Assembly: GCA_040285825.1 (NCBI GenBank)
Contig: JAUPSS010000007.1
Coordinates: 1,772,689 to 1,836,688 of the forward strand
Length of the DNA: 64,000 nucleotides
Reading direction: 5' to 3'
DNA from: Eukaryota sp. TZLM1-RC
Taxonomy: Eukaryota > Protista > Metamonada: BaSk clade
Positions 36,536 to 47,583 of this stretch are shown here, in pieces (position 1 is the first letter of the stretch; the number at the start of each line of letters is the position of its first letter). Below the pieces are notes generated by a model that saw nothing but the letters and a program-made list of their open reading frames with translations, was not told the DNA's origin and did no database searches. Position numbers and translations under genes: made by a program.

Positions 36536-36885
36536 CTAATGGAAGAGAAACCATAATTTGGTTTGGCAGTGGAGCTGATGGAACCTCAAGACAGGCTGTG
36601 AAAACCCCAAGGAAGCGCCTTTTCAAGGAGATTCAAAAACATTTTACATATGTGAAGCCTAATGGTGATGAATTCTCCACATCTGCCAAAACGAATTGCT
36701 GTAAGGTATTCAATCAAAAGTTGTATCACGATGATGGGAGGGTGAACAATGATAAGTTTGTATGCCCTCAATGTCAGACACTCTGGTCGAGGGACATCTC
36801 AGCCTCCAGAAACCAACTGGAGATTGCCATAAGTGAGCACTACTACAATGAAAGACCGGAGGCGTTCCAGAGACCCCATAGATAA

Positions 36886-37029
36886 GTGTTTTTTTATGTA
36901 TTGCGTACCTGTACGCATATTGCGATGTTGCTGCTTTAACTATCATTTGATCGTGACACCATATGGTGATAGAACTAAAGTAAGCTTAACGTCTATCAAG
37001 ATTGCATGAATTGGTCAAAAGCCAGAAGT
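36886..37029 (+). ncRNA. candidate omegaRNA scaffold of Fanzor C (copy 1)
   Basis: About 145-nt non-coding tail highly conserved with 49841-49984; hairpins TGCGTA-cctg-TACGCA and CTATCA...TGATAG. Confidence 0.6.
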
Positions 37030-37339
37030 ACATTTTGATAGAAACTTACAGTTACAGTTTGGTCTTTCACTTTGCACTACGTTGCGTCACAATTCACTTT
37101 ATCTCACAAGCTGAATCACTTCATCTTTCCAAGACTAGTCCACGAATCGGTCTAGCTTGCTAATGTAGGCTCAGTGGACCTGTTTAAGTGCAAAGACAAT
37201 TCTTCCTCTCTACTTCGAACATCTTTTTATAGATTTTCGTTCGAGAATTTTGTCTCGGAAATTTTTAGCCAAAAATGTACACCAGGATCAGCTGTGCAAC
37301 ATGATATTCACATAAGCTGTTTTGTTTGTTAAATATATA

Positions 37340-38295
37340 TTTTTGTTCCAACTCTTACAAAACATTAAAAAAAGTAGAACTCAATATCCTCAATACACGC
37401 ATCATCATCATCAAATCTCTTAAGCGCGCGATTTTCTACTCTATTCCTAACTGTATCAGTGTTTTTGCAGATATTTCTCGCATTGCTTCGAGAATATTTA
37501 AAACAATTCTATTGTGCCAAAAATTGAAGTTCAATTCTTTTCCTGCTCTTATTAAACTTCTGAAGCCTTCGAGAAATTTAGTGCCAGATATTCCAATGTT
37601 ACTAAAACAAGAAACATCAAATGGAACCAGATGATACTTTACATGCTCAACACGTACTAGCTGAGATAAGGGTTCGTTGTTCTTTTTGATTTTGCTGTTT
37701 TCAGCAAAGCAAAACGGAGTTTCATATTTGTTAGCAATATGAAATGCTGAATCCTTACAAACAACAACAGTGACAACATCAACAACTTTGATTGTTAGCC
37801 TTGGATAATATTTATAATAGTTTATTTATAGTTTATTAATAGTTATTGTATTATTGCGCTTAAGTTAAGGGAAATCCTCATTCCCTTGTAATAAATTACA
37901 TTTAAGGTATACCCAATGTCTAACCCCCACAGATCATCAATACGTATTGATGATCTGCGGGTGTTATGACGGGACATGACCTTATATGAAAAGTAGAGTA
38001 ATTTATTACAAGGGAATGAGGATTTCCCTTAACTTAAGCGCATGGGCGCAATAATACAATAACTATTAATAAACTATAAATAAACTATTATAAATATTAT
38101 CCAAGGCTAACAATCAAAGTTGTTGATGTTGTCACTGTTGTTGTTTGTAAGGATTCAGCATTTCATATTGCTAACAAATATGAAACTCCGTTTTGCTTTG
38201 CTGACACACCATCAGACCCAGGTGTAATTAAATCAGCACGGCATTTCCCAAAAGTATTTTCATCTTCATTTTCGGGTGACAATTTACGCACAAGT
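37340..38295 (-). mobile_element. CRE-like retrotransposon 3' fragment (family F6), interrupted by the foldback
   Basis: RADLITPGSDGV (38205-38245) continues as IKVVDVVTV..ENSKIKK (37792 downward). Confidence 0.75.
37701..38204. repeat. 504-bp foldback: two tail-to-tail LTR-like units (37793-37939 and 37948-38112) plus 92-bp inverted flanks
   Basis: Arms are reverse complements around ATACGTAT; each unit runs TGTTAGCC...CAGATCATCA. Confidence 0.9.
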
Positions 38296-38354
38296 GGTTT
38301 TGTTTGCCGACCTCCAAAAGGGGTTGTTGTGGCAGATAGAAACCAGACAGAAAC

Positions 38355-38640
38355 AGACATCTTGTTTTTATTGCTTTCCCATTTTCGATAAACGGAAGAC
38401 TATCAGTAGAAGCAGGAACTTTTTTGAATAATTTCCAAATGAATGGTTCAAGAAAAAATAAACATTTTTTAAAAGATAAATAAAAAACAAAGAACAATGA
38501 CAAAATTTGATATTTGTTTATTGCGCTCTCGGATTCAATTTGCCATAAATAATAGATTACTTCGGTTTTTCAATCGAATTGGAGAAGCTTTAGCTAGACA
38601 GCCAGCAGATCAAGCAGGAACTTTTGTAAATAATTTCCAA
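38355..38640 (+). mobile_element. rearranged F2 retrotransposon 3' fragments
   Basis: LVFIAFPFSINGRLSVEA and RSRIQFAINNRL match 18937-19200. Confidence 0.75.
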
Positions 38641-38940
38641 AAAATTAAAAAATGGAAATGTCGTTTTCTGAAGTATCTCAAGGCTCGATTTCCAACCGTG
38701 AAGAATGGTGATGAATACTATAGATCTGCCAAAGTGAGCTGTTGCAAAGTTTTCCATGAAGACCTTTACTTCATAGAGAATGGAGAAAGGAAAAAGTCTA
38801 AAGCCTATTTTGCATGTCCAGAATGTGGGATGGTTTGGTCAAGAGATACATCTGCATCGAGAAACCAGTGGGAGATTGCAGTAAGCGAGTACTGTTTGAA
38901 CACACTAGACCCCTACCTTTTAGAAGACCTCAATAAAAGT
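38640..38940 (+). mobile_element. Fanzor C-related subfamily, C-terminal fragment
   Basis: NGDEYYRSAKVSCC, CPEC, WSRDTSASRNQWEIAVSEY; shifted end TRPLPFRRPQ*. Confidence 0.8.
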
Positions 38941-39662
38941 CTTCAAATCCAACGTATTTTGATCTAAGCCAATCATCTCCGCATGGTTAAGTTTAGACAT
39001 GTGGGTGGATGTGGTTGAAGTATTGGAAATTGATATTTCCGATGAAGAATGCATTTCTGGTGAAAACTTACCCCAACAGGTAGATATTGAACTCTTAAGG
39101 GCCGACAAGTCTTGCGTACAACTGTGATGCAAATCAGTGACTTGATACGGTTGTTTATGTTCATAGACTCAATGGATTCAATGAACAACAGTACTGTTAT
39201 GCTAACCGAAACAGACATTCTTAGTTCTGCCATTGTTTTCTGTATTTATTTAAACTAAAAAGTGGTTCACAGTTGCACGTTCAAACACTTTTAAGGAGTG
39301 GAAGATTTTGTTATTGATAGTGTCTTCTTTAAACCTTCATATACCTTGGCTCTTTGGAGATATACTGATCTATCTTTACAATAAACTAAGAAGTGGTTCA
39401 AAGTCACACCTTCAAACATTGCAAAGCCATTCAATTTATTTATTGAATATACATTTTTCTGATTGACTGTACATCCCAATTAAGTATAAAGAACTAGAGG
39501 TAGAGTTGTCCAAGAAGGTGGAGAAGGGTGAGGAATGAAGTTGTGTGGTAAAGGTGTATTGAAAATTAACAGTATGTGTTCAAATATAAAACTACAACCT
39601 TTACCTTAATATGATACAAAACAAGCTATTCACAGTAATTACAATGCTAAATACAATTCAAA

Positions 39663-40511
39663 CTACCCCTTACCCAAATTACTTCCAAGAGAGCTAGCTC
39701 TTGATCGCATTCGTTGTAGCCTTTTCATCTTCCTATTTTTAAGATTCTCTTTGATGTCTACTGGCTCAGCAACCACCTGTTCCTTTGTGTCTTCCTTCTC
39801 TTCCTCTTCATCCAGTGAAGTATCAAGAGACACGGTGGAGAGAGACCGCCTCAATTTCGAAAGAGTACCAACGAATCGTTCTGCATGGGATTCTATTTGA
39901 CCAACAGTTTCATTTAGCAGTTCTTCTTCCTTTTTAAATTCATCATCCGCTTCCCTGTCCAGAGGAGCAGGGAAGTCCAGGTTCAGGTTAGCTTGCGATT
40001 GGGCAAGTTCCTTTCTCTTTGCGTCAGCAATGATTTTCTTGACATCGAGTGAAGGCGTTGATTGTTGGCAAAGGGAATTTTGAATGTTTGAATAGTGGGC
40101 AAGGCGAGTAGATCTGAGTTTGGCAGCATGCTTTGGTCTATAAACTGCATTAAAGAGGTCGCGTACATCATCCGAGAAGGGACCAGCATCCAAGGAAAGA
40201 ATGGATGAGCGGCATATATGACAAAAGAGAGCACCAGTTTCTACATTCATACAGATAGGATGAGAGAACTGGGACTCAGGCAGTGTCTGGGTTTCAGAGA
40301 AATGTGCATAAGAATGACAGCTTGCATCAGAAGAACAAAAGACCTGGTTACATTTAGGTGATAGACATGCCCAGAGAGGACTGACAGAGTAACAGTGAAG
40401 AGTATCACAATGTATAGTGCCGATTAATAGCTTCCTTTGAAACTGACGGCTAGTAATCCATGAAAAGCAATCGTCAAAGTCTATAAGAGCAAGATGTGGA
40501 CATGTACACAT
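39663..40511 (-). CDS. zf-UBP zinc-finger protein without a USP catalytic domain
   Basis: CPH..C..LWACLSPKC..FC..HSYAHF..HPI..FCHIC pattern; coiled-coil/acidic tail. Confidence 0.75.
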   Translation of the reverse strand: MCTCPHLALIDFDDCFSWITSRQFQRKLLIGTIHCDTLHCYSVSPLWACLSPKCNQVFCSSDASCHSYAHFSETQTLPESQFSHPICMNVETGALFCHICRSSILSLDAGPFSDDVRDLFNAVYRPKHAAKLRSTRLAHYSNIQNSLCQQSTPSLDVKKIIADAKRKELAQSQANLNLDFPAPLDREADDEFKKEEELLNETVGQIESHAERFVGTLSKLRRSLSTVSLDTSLDEEEEKEDTKEQVVAEPVDIKENLKNRKMKRLQRMRSRASSLGSNLGKG

Positions 40512-40829
40512 GGATATTGTTATTGAGTGTGCTTTTCCAATCCTTAAATTTCATTTCACCCACATCCAATTCATTGTCATCTAAAAAGCTGTCCTCTAGA
40601 AACCCTCTATAATTCAAATAATTAATCATTTAGTTCCAAGTAACCTTGTTTATTGGCACATTAGAATACCAACACAGCTGGTTTAATGTTTAAATCTCTT
40701 TATAGAAGAAAGGACAAAGTGTGATTATTAGTAGCATGGACAAGATAACACACAAAATGGGAATAAAAATTTATTTCAATAATTAATTAGAGAAAATAAA
40801 TAAAAAAATTTATAAATACAGAATATACA

Positions 40830-43800
40830 TCAATTTCCAACAAAAAACCCACTAGCTTCACCAAAAATTGCACCAAAAGTGCTACTATCTTCACCTACTA
40901 ATAAATGCTTTTGTGCAATATCTTCCACTGCATTCCTTCTAGCCAAGAAAGGCCATCGAAAACCTGCATTGGTTATTCGAACTACCCTATTGGCGTTGAG
41001 AGCAGTTTCTCTGACAAGATCAGAGGCTGAGGACAAAGGAACAACAGCTCCATTGTAAAGAGGTCCAAAATGAGGAATTGAATCATCCTTCTTATAGATA
41101 TTAATCTTAACTAATTGTGGGGTTATGGGAGTCACGACTAAATGAACAAAGTTGAACTGTGAAGTAATAGTATTTGGACTATAAACTCCACCACTCTCAT
41201 TGAAAACAATGTGAACAAAGTCATTTCCAATGTGCTTTTTCTTGTGAATTTGTTGTTTTTCCCTAACATTGGTAGGCATTAAAGTATTAACATGGAAAAC
41301 AACCTCATTGTGAGCGTCACAATAGTAAATAGTAGAATTTCCCGTGATTCCATAACGATCCAGACCGCCCAAAAAGCCTGTATGTGAAGCAATGTTGATT
41401 GGAACGCCAAGAGAATAGAGGAAATTATTGAAAAGTTCGGAACCTTCATCATTTGCAAGAATCTCATTTTGATCTACTTGGCCTTCTCCAACATAGACAA
41501 CACCAATCTTGGCACATTCCCGATCAGGAAGAACATCCAAGTGTCTAATAGAACGAGCAAACTTGACATCGGTATTGAGAGAAAAGAAAAAGGGTTCAGG
41601 TTGGAGGAGATCAAGCAACCACATAAACATTCTTGATGAAGTAATGTTTGAATGAGAAGATGGTCTTGCAATTGGAATGGTGCAATTTTTAAAACTTGAT
41701 GTCCTGGTTGTTGAAAGATTCATAGACTCAGACCACTGAGAAAGACATCTCGCCCATTGTGACATTAACGGAAAGTTGTTGTTAGATGAGAACGATTTAG
41801 CGTAATCAATCAATTCTGATGGATTGGGGAGGTCAAAATTAAACTGAAAATGATTGGATATTGATGGTAACAAAGTAGATTTGAACAAATTACTACTGTG
41901 TGACTTCTCTTTCGGACCCAATTTCCCAACAGGCAGCTCAAAATAACATGACTCACCAAGACCAGTTTCCCCAGTACAAAAGGAAAGTTTCCAGCAGAAT
42001 CTGTTTGCAAAAGTTCTAATCAAAAAGATTGATTCGTTCTTTTTGGAATCCAACACAGTCAAGATCACATCATCATTGACTAGGAAAAATCTCAAAAGTC
42101 CCCTTAAGTCAACATCAATTTGATCTTTTTCAAGTAAATTCTGTTGCCGGCATGTCAAGTAGTTAAGCAAATCAACCTCAGTAACGTCACTAGAAAGACT
42201 CATTTGGAAATCCTTTGAATAGCTTAATAACAAATGACTGGTCGCAGGAATTCCCTTGAAAACATGGCAGACAGACAAGACTGTAGACAACAACGACTGA
42301 GCTGTGCAACGTGTCAAGCCAGCAAGAGAAATATTGCCCTTGTCACTGCTTGTCTCAGATCCCTTCTTGGTCACGGGCTCATCTTCCACTTTTGCATAAC
42401 TACATCCAACATACAGGACAGAATCTAACAAGGATGTGCATAGATTGGTGTCAGTTGATAATGAAAAAGACAGCTCTGGCCAGGCCAACATTAAATCCAA
42501 AGTTCGTAGAGCATGAACGTGGATAGGGAAGTTCAGGTTGGAGTGTTGCTGGTAGGGAGGCGGATCCTGTGCAACTTTGGAGATTCGAAGTAACAGAAAA
42601 GTAAGTATTTCTTTTGAGATCGGCAGCTTTAAAAGAAATGGCAATGAGGGTCGGATTGATTGGAAACAGTCTAAAACTCCTGTGTAGACCTTACCGTCCC
42701 AACTAGTAGGCCTTTTTTCGAATAATACCATTAAGGAACAAAGCAAAGAGAGCACTAATTCGTTACATTGGATAGATTGTTCATCGTCTTTGCTGGTCGA
42801 AACGACTCTGATAAACTGAGAAACAACATTGAGAGAGGCTAGTAATACTTCAATGTTTCTTTCCATTTTGAGAAGAGAAATTAATGATGATTGAATCAAA
42901 ACAAGACCATCAAAATAAACTGAAAGACTTCCCAAAACGGAAAGTCCGTCATTTGATGATTGAAATAAAGAGGCAACCTTGGCAACTAATTCAGAGACTC
43001 CGTTATTGACCCCTTCCTCAGTCCACAACTGATTGATTACCTTCCGATCACCCAAATCAAAACCTGATTCACTTACCAACCCATCCAAAGCCAATTGATC
43101 TAATGGACATTCAAAAGCATTTGTAAAGGGATTGAACGCAAGCTTACCCAAAAGTGTGCTAAATATAGAAACACAACACAGCCTAATTGATTGATGTGAG
43201 GGACTCTTTGTTGGAGGGGACAGTAAACCTAAATGCCTGCTACCTTGAACAATACTTAAGGGAATCATCAATGGCAGGTATGTTGAGAGGTAATTAGCAG
43301 TAAACATTGCAGGAACAAAAGAAAGAATGGTCCGAACTGGTAAATCTTCATTGAATAACGATAAAACATGCAAAACTGTTTGAATAAATAAAGGAATCTG
43401 AATGGTGGGAGTTGTGGATGAGTTGGTTTGAGGAACAAATACAGAGCATATTAATTTAATTGCAAAGGCTTTTGCTTGTTGAGAAACTGTAGTTGGCGAA
43501 AGAATAAGAGACCAGCACCAAGGACCAAAGATTTTTAAAATATTATTTGGCGAGAAAACAGCAGCTGATTGATTACGATTAAAGGTTATTAACCGGTCAA
43601 CAACTGATGATAACGTTTCATAAACAACCTCCAGCAACTTCCCATCATGAATAGAACTTACATCACCAAGTACATACAAGCATCTCAACCAAAACAAAAG
43701 TAGTTCATCAAAAACGACATCAATAGCCTTGCTTCCAATACCAAACTTAGTTGGCCAAGCAAAGGAAGCCATGCAAGAGGAAGAAGGAAAGCAACTAATT

Positions 43801-44714
43801 AAACAGTCAACAAGACTCTTCAAGACTATTGACCAAACTTGACCTACCAACTGCCTAGCCCCTGGACCACTAACCAGGGTCCAACCTTTAGATTTATCAG
43901 AATCTCTTGAATCCCGAGAGTTAGAAGAGGAAAGAGAAGAGGAAGTGGTGGAAGGAGAGTGTCTGGGTCCACCTCTGAAAGCAATCAAAATACGTGATAG
44001 AGTGGTCCATAAATCAGATTGACTCTCATTGACTTTTAAAATCAAGAACAAATCAAAAAGCACCGGAAGCACAGTAGGGCACACTTTGGAAGCAAAAGAA
44101 ATTGAAGAATTAGTGGTGGGCTTAGCTGAATAGTCAAGTCTCATTGTAAGATCAACTGCAGTGAGAATAGAATGAAGAAGCGAAGTTTGGAGCAAGGAGA
44201 AGAAGTTGTCTTGATCAGGTGAAGAAGGAAGATTGGGGGAAATGAAGAGAGAAACATCACGGTAAAAGGAAAGAGTTTCGACGATTGAGGAGTGTTGTAG
44301 TTCCAAGGATGAGTCAGAGTCAGAAGAGTCAGTACGGGGAGAAAATACTAGAAGGGAGTAGAGTATTATGTCTGAAACAATAGATAGCGATGAAGGGAGT
44401 ATAGAAGGGGATGTGTTGGACGAAGAAGAAGATGTTAGCCACTTCTTGAAAATAGAAATGGCCTTGGAAATGAGTGTAGAATCTTCAGAAGAGGTGAAAG
44501 GAAGATCAAACGCAGCTCCCATGAAATCTACTGCAATTTTTAACTGCGACTGGTCACAAATTACAGTATCAACATTAGAGGCTCCATTAATTGCAGAAAT
44601 CAGTGAGGAAATCAAAGTACGACGTACACTGAGAGGGAAGGTTCGAAGAGGATTAGCATCTGAAGGAACAGACTGCAGGGCAATGTGATGCTCAAGCCAG
44701 GTCCAACAATGCAT
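40830..44714 (-). CDS. Rap/Ral-GAP domain protein (RALGAP/TSC2 family)
   Basis: C-terminal KIGVVYVGEGQ..EILAN..GS, FLGGLD, EVVFHVNTLMP, KKKHIGNDFVHIVF, FGPL. Confidence 0.88.
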   Translation of the reverse strand: MHCWTWLEHHIALQSVPSDANPLRTFPLSVRRTLISSLISAINGASNVDTVICDQSQLKIAVDFMGAAFDLPFTSSEDSTLISKAISIFKKWLTSSSSSNTSPSILPSSLSIVSDIILYSLLVFSPRTDSSDSDSSLELQHSSIVETLSFYRDVSLFISPNLPSSPDQDNFFSLLQTSLLHSILTAVDLTMRLDYSAKPTTNSSISFASKVCPTVLPVLFDLFLILKVNESQSDLWTTLSRILIAFRGGPRHSPSTTSSSLSSSNSRDSRDSDKSKGWTLVSGPGARQLVGQVWSIVLKSLVDCLISCFPSSSCMASFAWPTKFGIGSKAIDVVFDELLLFWLRCLYVLGDVSSIHDGKLLEVVYETLSSVVDRLITFNRNQSAAVFSPNNILKIFGPWCWSLILSPTTVSQQAKAFAIKLICSVFVPQTNSSTTPTIQIPLFIQTVLHVLSLFNEDLPVRTILSFVPAMFTANYLSTYLPLMIPLSIVQGSRHLGLLSPPTKSPSHQSIRLCCVSIFSTLLGKLAFNPFTNAFECPLDQLALDGLVSESGFDLGDRKVINQLWTEEGVNNGVSELVAKVASLFQSSNDGLSVLGSLSVYFDGLVLIQSSLISLLKMERNIEVLLASLNVVSQFIRVVSTSKDDEQSIQCNELVLSLLCSLMVLFEKRPTSWDGKVYTGVLDCFQSIRPSLPFLLKLPISKEILTFLLLRISKVAQDPPPYQQHSNLNFPIHVHALRTLDLMLAWPELSFSLSTDTNLCTSLLDSVLYVGCSYAKVEDEPVTKKGSETSSDKGNISLAGLTRCTAQSLLSTVLSVCHVFKGIPATSHLLLSYSKDFQMSLSSDVTEVDLLNYLTCRQQNLLEKDQIDVDLRGLLRFFLVNDDVILTVLDSKKNESIFLIRTFANRFCWKLSFCTGETGLGESCYFELPVGKLGPKEKSHSSNLFKSTLLPSISNHFQFNFDLPNPSELIDYAKSFSSNNNFPLMSQWARCLSQWSESMNLSTTRTSSFKNCTIPIARPSSHSNITSSRMFMWLLDLLQPEPFFFSLNTDVKFARSIRHLDVLPDRECAKIGVVYVGEGQVDQNEILANDEGSELFNNFLYSLGVPINIASHTGFLGGLDRYGITGNSTIYYCDAHNEVVFHVNTLMPTNVREKQQIHKKKHIGNDFVHIVFNESGGVYSPNTITSQFNFVHLVVTPITPQLVKINIYKKDDSIPHFGPLYNGAVVPLSSASDLVRETALNANRVVRITNAGFRWPFLARRNAVEDIAQKHLLVGEDSSTFGAIFGEASGFFVGN

Positions 44715-45144
44715 AGACTTGGCAAGACTTGGGGTATTCTTTAATTATTGATTTAATTTTGAAAACTCTTTTGTATTTAACCAACACTTTGACAGTGCTA
44801 ATTTGAGTATACTTAGTAATGTATCCACAGTCTGACTGCGAAAATTATGCTTTCAAATTAGAGTCAGAGATAGAACCTAGCAGCAACTATATTTTTCCCA
44901 CATCGGGAGGATGATACATTGAATTGTTAAAACTGGCTTTTATAATGAGTGACTTTCAAACCCACACTAGACTTGATTGTTTTTCCAGTAATTTATCATT
45001 TTTTAACAAGTACAATTTTAACAAAGTCTTAAATTCAAATTGACCTCCATAATAAGGTTAAGAAACTCATATTTCGTATGTTGGCCAGGAAACATTCCAT
45101 TGACCTCAATTGATCAAATTTCCTTTTTTCTTCTTTCTTCCGCG

Positions 45145-45534
45145 ATGCCTCTTCCATCCAACGTTACTCGCGAATTCACCATCAATCTTCACAAACGTGT
45201 CTTCGGAACGTATGCTACTACGAGTCATGAACTCATTCCAGCCAGTTCAAGAAGCGCGCCCCCAAGGCTCTCAAGGAAATTAAGAAGTTTGTTGCCCGCT
45301 ACATGAACACCGAAGATGTCCGTGTCGATCCCGCCGTCAAGTATGTGTTAATCGAGCCTATCTCATTTCAGCAAATTCTGTTGGGTCAAGGGTATCCGCT
45401 CTCCCCCTAACCGTATCCGTGTCAGATGTATGAGACGCGAATCTGAAGAAGAACCAGGCAAGCTCTTTACTCGCGTTGTTCTTGTTGAAGTCAACACTTT
45501 CAAGGGTCTCTCAAACCAAACTATTGTTGAGTAA
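45145..45534 (+). CDS. RPL31: 60S ribosomal protein L31; introns 45210-45241 and 45341-45371
   Basis: Spliced product [51 protein letters not shown]. Confidence 0.93.
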
Positions 45535-45685
45535 GTTTAACCCCATGAGTTGTAATGTCTTTTTAGCATCCTCTTCAACGTTTTTTCAACGTTGTTCAGA
45601 AATTCCAATAAATCATAGTGTGAGCATTGTTGCCCATGAATTATATCTGTCGCTATTCTCACTGTACACATTGATATTTATACAC

Positions 45686-46199
45686 CAGGGTTGTCAAAAA
45701 GTTCAGTTCAGTTACAGTTCATGAACCGGATCGGTTAACGCTATTCGTGCACCGGTTCAAATTCAGTTCATGGCTAATGCACCGCACTGAACCGTTGTGA
45801 ACTGGTAATTTATTTTATCCATTATGTACCATTTTGAATAAACAATTCAACAATTTAATGTTACGATTTCGAAAGGTCTGTTCTTATTACCATAGACATC
45901 ACTTCTTCATCTGACAGGGACATGCCTCTAAACATTTCTTCAGACGAAGAATCTAGCAACACTATCAACTATTCTAATGCACATGTATTTTAAAATTCAA
46001 GATTGTGTTTTGAGAAAATAGTTTTATTATTTTTGTTTTGCTTTAAAAATTTGATTTATTTGAATAAATAAAATTTAAAGAATTGGTTTTATGATTACAA
46101 TTGAACTGTGGTTCCTGTTTTTGAACTGCAATGTGCACCAGTTCAGTTTAGTTCATAATTAATTTGAACTGAACTGAACTGATGCGATTAACAACCCTC
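45686..46199. mobile_element. hAT-type MITE
   Basis: TIR CAGGGTTGTCAA / TTAACAACCCTC; 8-bp TSD TTATACAC (45678-45685, 46200-46207); subterminal GTTCA/TGAAC repeats. Confidence 0.88.
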
Positions 46200-46762
46200 T
46201 TATACACGTTGTATGTTTGTTTAAGTTGACCTTTTCCAAGCACTTGTAACAAAGTGTTTCTCTTTATCAAACTTTATTACACAAAATAACACATCTCACG
46301 AATTATTCCCTTGATACCTTTTATGGAACGTTCTTCCGAATCACACTCCATTCAATACTACTACAGTTATAGAAAACAAGAAATCAACAAAGATTCATTT
46401 CTTTTTTTTCTAGCAACATTTCCACTTCACATAAACTATTTCTATTAACTGTAATTTACCTCAAGGTAAGCTAAAAGATTGAAAAATAGTCTGGTATCAG
46501 AATAGGACTACCAGTTTTATAAATAACACAGGCGTATTACAGTGAGATTTTTCATTCAGATCACATCTGCCATCAAAAATAAACTTCAAAAAAGGTCATC
46601 ACATCACCAATTCGTACCAACGATCAAATTCCTGTTCGAATGACCCATGAGGCCAAGCACAGCTGTTTAACCATGATCTCAATGAAAAACGATCTCCTGA
46701 GATTACTGCTTAACAATTGCCACATTTAAACATTAAAAATATACATTTATTTATTTAACAAA

Positions 46763-47350
46763 TTAACCAGTTCCTTCAAACTCAGCTAAACGAGCTGTAA
46801 GAGCTGATATTCTGGAATCCTTTAGACGCACGAGTTGACTCAACTTTGTTAATTTAGATTCCAGAATCTCGACAGTACTTTGTAAATGTCGTATTTGGGC
46901 GTCCTTGTCGTCTGACCCACTGGGCTCCCTGACGGGAGCTGGATGAGACTTGGGTGGCGTAGATTCCGTCTTGGTGACTTTTGTCCTAGATGGAGTAGAT
47001 GTTGTGTCTTTGGCAGACTTTGGGGTGTCCAAGAAGTGCTTGAAGGCTTTGAGTATTCTTTCAATGGCACCAGGAACAGAGTTTGTGGCAAGTTCCACGT
47101 CTCTGGAATCTAACGAGAACTTAAGCTTCTTCAATACTTTGAACTGTAACAGATCCCAGTTTGCTGCTTTTGCTGAAACAGCATGACAAGGAACGAAATT
47201 GTGTAAATCTACCAAGTGCGGATAGAAATGATGAACAACTTCTGCAAAAAGAACACAATCTGAAAAGTCCCGCGCAATGTTCTTCTTTGGACGAGAAAGA
47301 GGAATAGAGTCAACCCAGGCGTAAAGTGCTGATAGATCGAAGTCTTGCAT
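46763..47350 (-). CDS. SPEF1: SPEF1/CLAMP-like CH-domain microtubule protein
   Basis: LYAWVDSIPLSRPKKNIARDFSD, LVDLHNF; C-terminal KLSQLVRLKDSRI. Confidence 0.88.
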   Translation of the reverse strand: MQDFDLSALYAWVDSIPLSRPKKNIARDFSDCVLFAEVVHHFYPHLVDLHNFVPCHAVSAKAANWDLLQFKVLKKLKFSLDSRDVELATNSVPGAIERILKAFKHFLDTPKSAKDTTSTPSRTKVTKTESTPPKSHPAPVREPSGSDDKDAQIRHLQSTVEILESKLTKLSQLVRLKDSRISALTARLAEFEGTG

Positions 47351-47583
47351 CTAAAGGGTTGAAATGAAAATGTTGTAAATTCAGTTTGAAGCAGACCTTT
47401 GAATTCCATTATTCCTGGAATTCCAGTAAGTACTGCTGTATTTCCTGAAGTATTTCTTTAAGTATTTCTTTAAGTATTTACCTGGGTCGTTGGAATTCTG
47501 GAATTCCAAAATGAAAAGTTGGAATTTAAAGGTATTGCTTGAAGTATTTAGTTTCAGTGAGATTACTTTTGGAATAAAAATCT

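Larger units (their letters stand above)
34958..37052 (+). mobile_element. Fanzor family C, copy 1 (near full length, pseudogenised) with 3' tail
   Basis: ORFs 34958-36885 join: ISSDAVSIRFTF (WED), CAIDTN (RuvC-I), GDEFSTSAKTNCC (RuvC-II), CPQC, WSRDISASRNQ (RuvC-III); tail shared with 49818-49985. Confidence 0.85.

Noticed and set aside
37930-37960. Hammerhead ribozyme or Penelope-like pseudo-LTR (TGATGA)
   Set aside because: No CTGATGA..GAAA core with the required stems; the TG..CA ends match the LTR family
44368-44688. Antisense ORFs over host genes (also 3015-3344, 24500-25112, 61859-62185)
   Set aside because: Shadow frames of well-supported genes on the opposite strand
47395-47550. 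GGAATTCC and AAGTATTT short repeats upstream of SPEF1
   Set aside because: Irregular low-complexity repeats with no array structure
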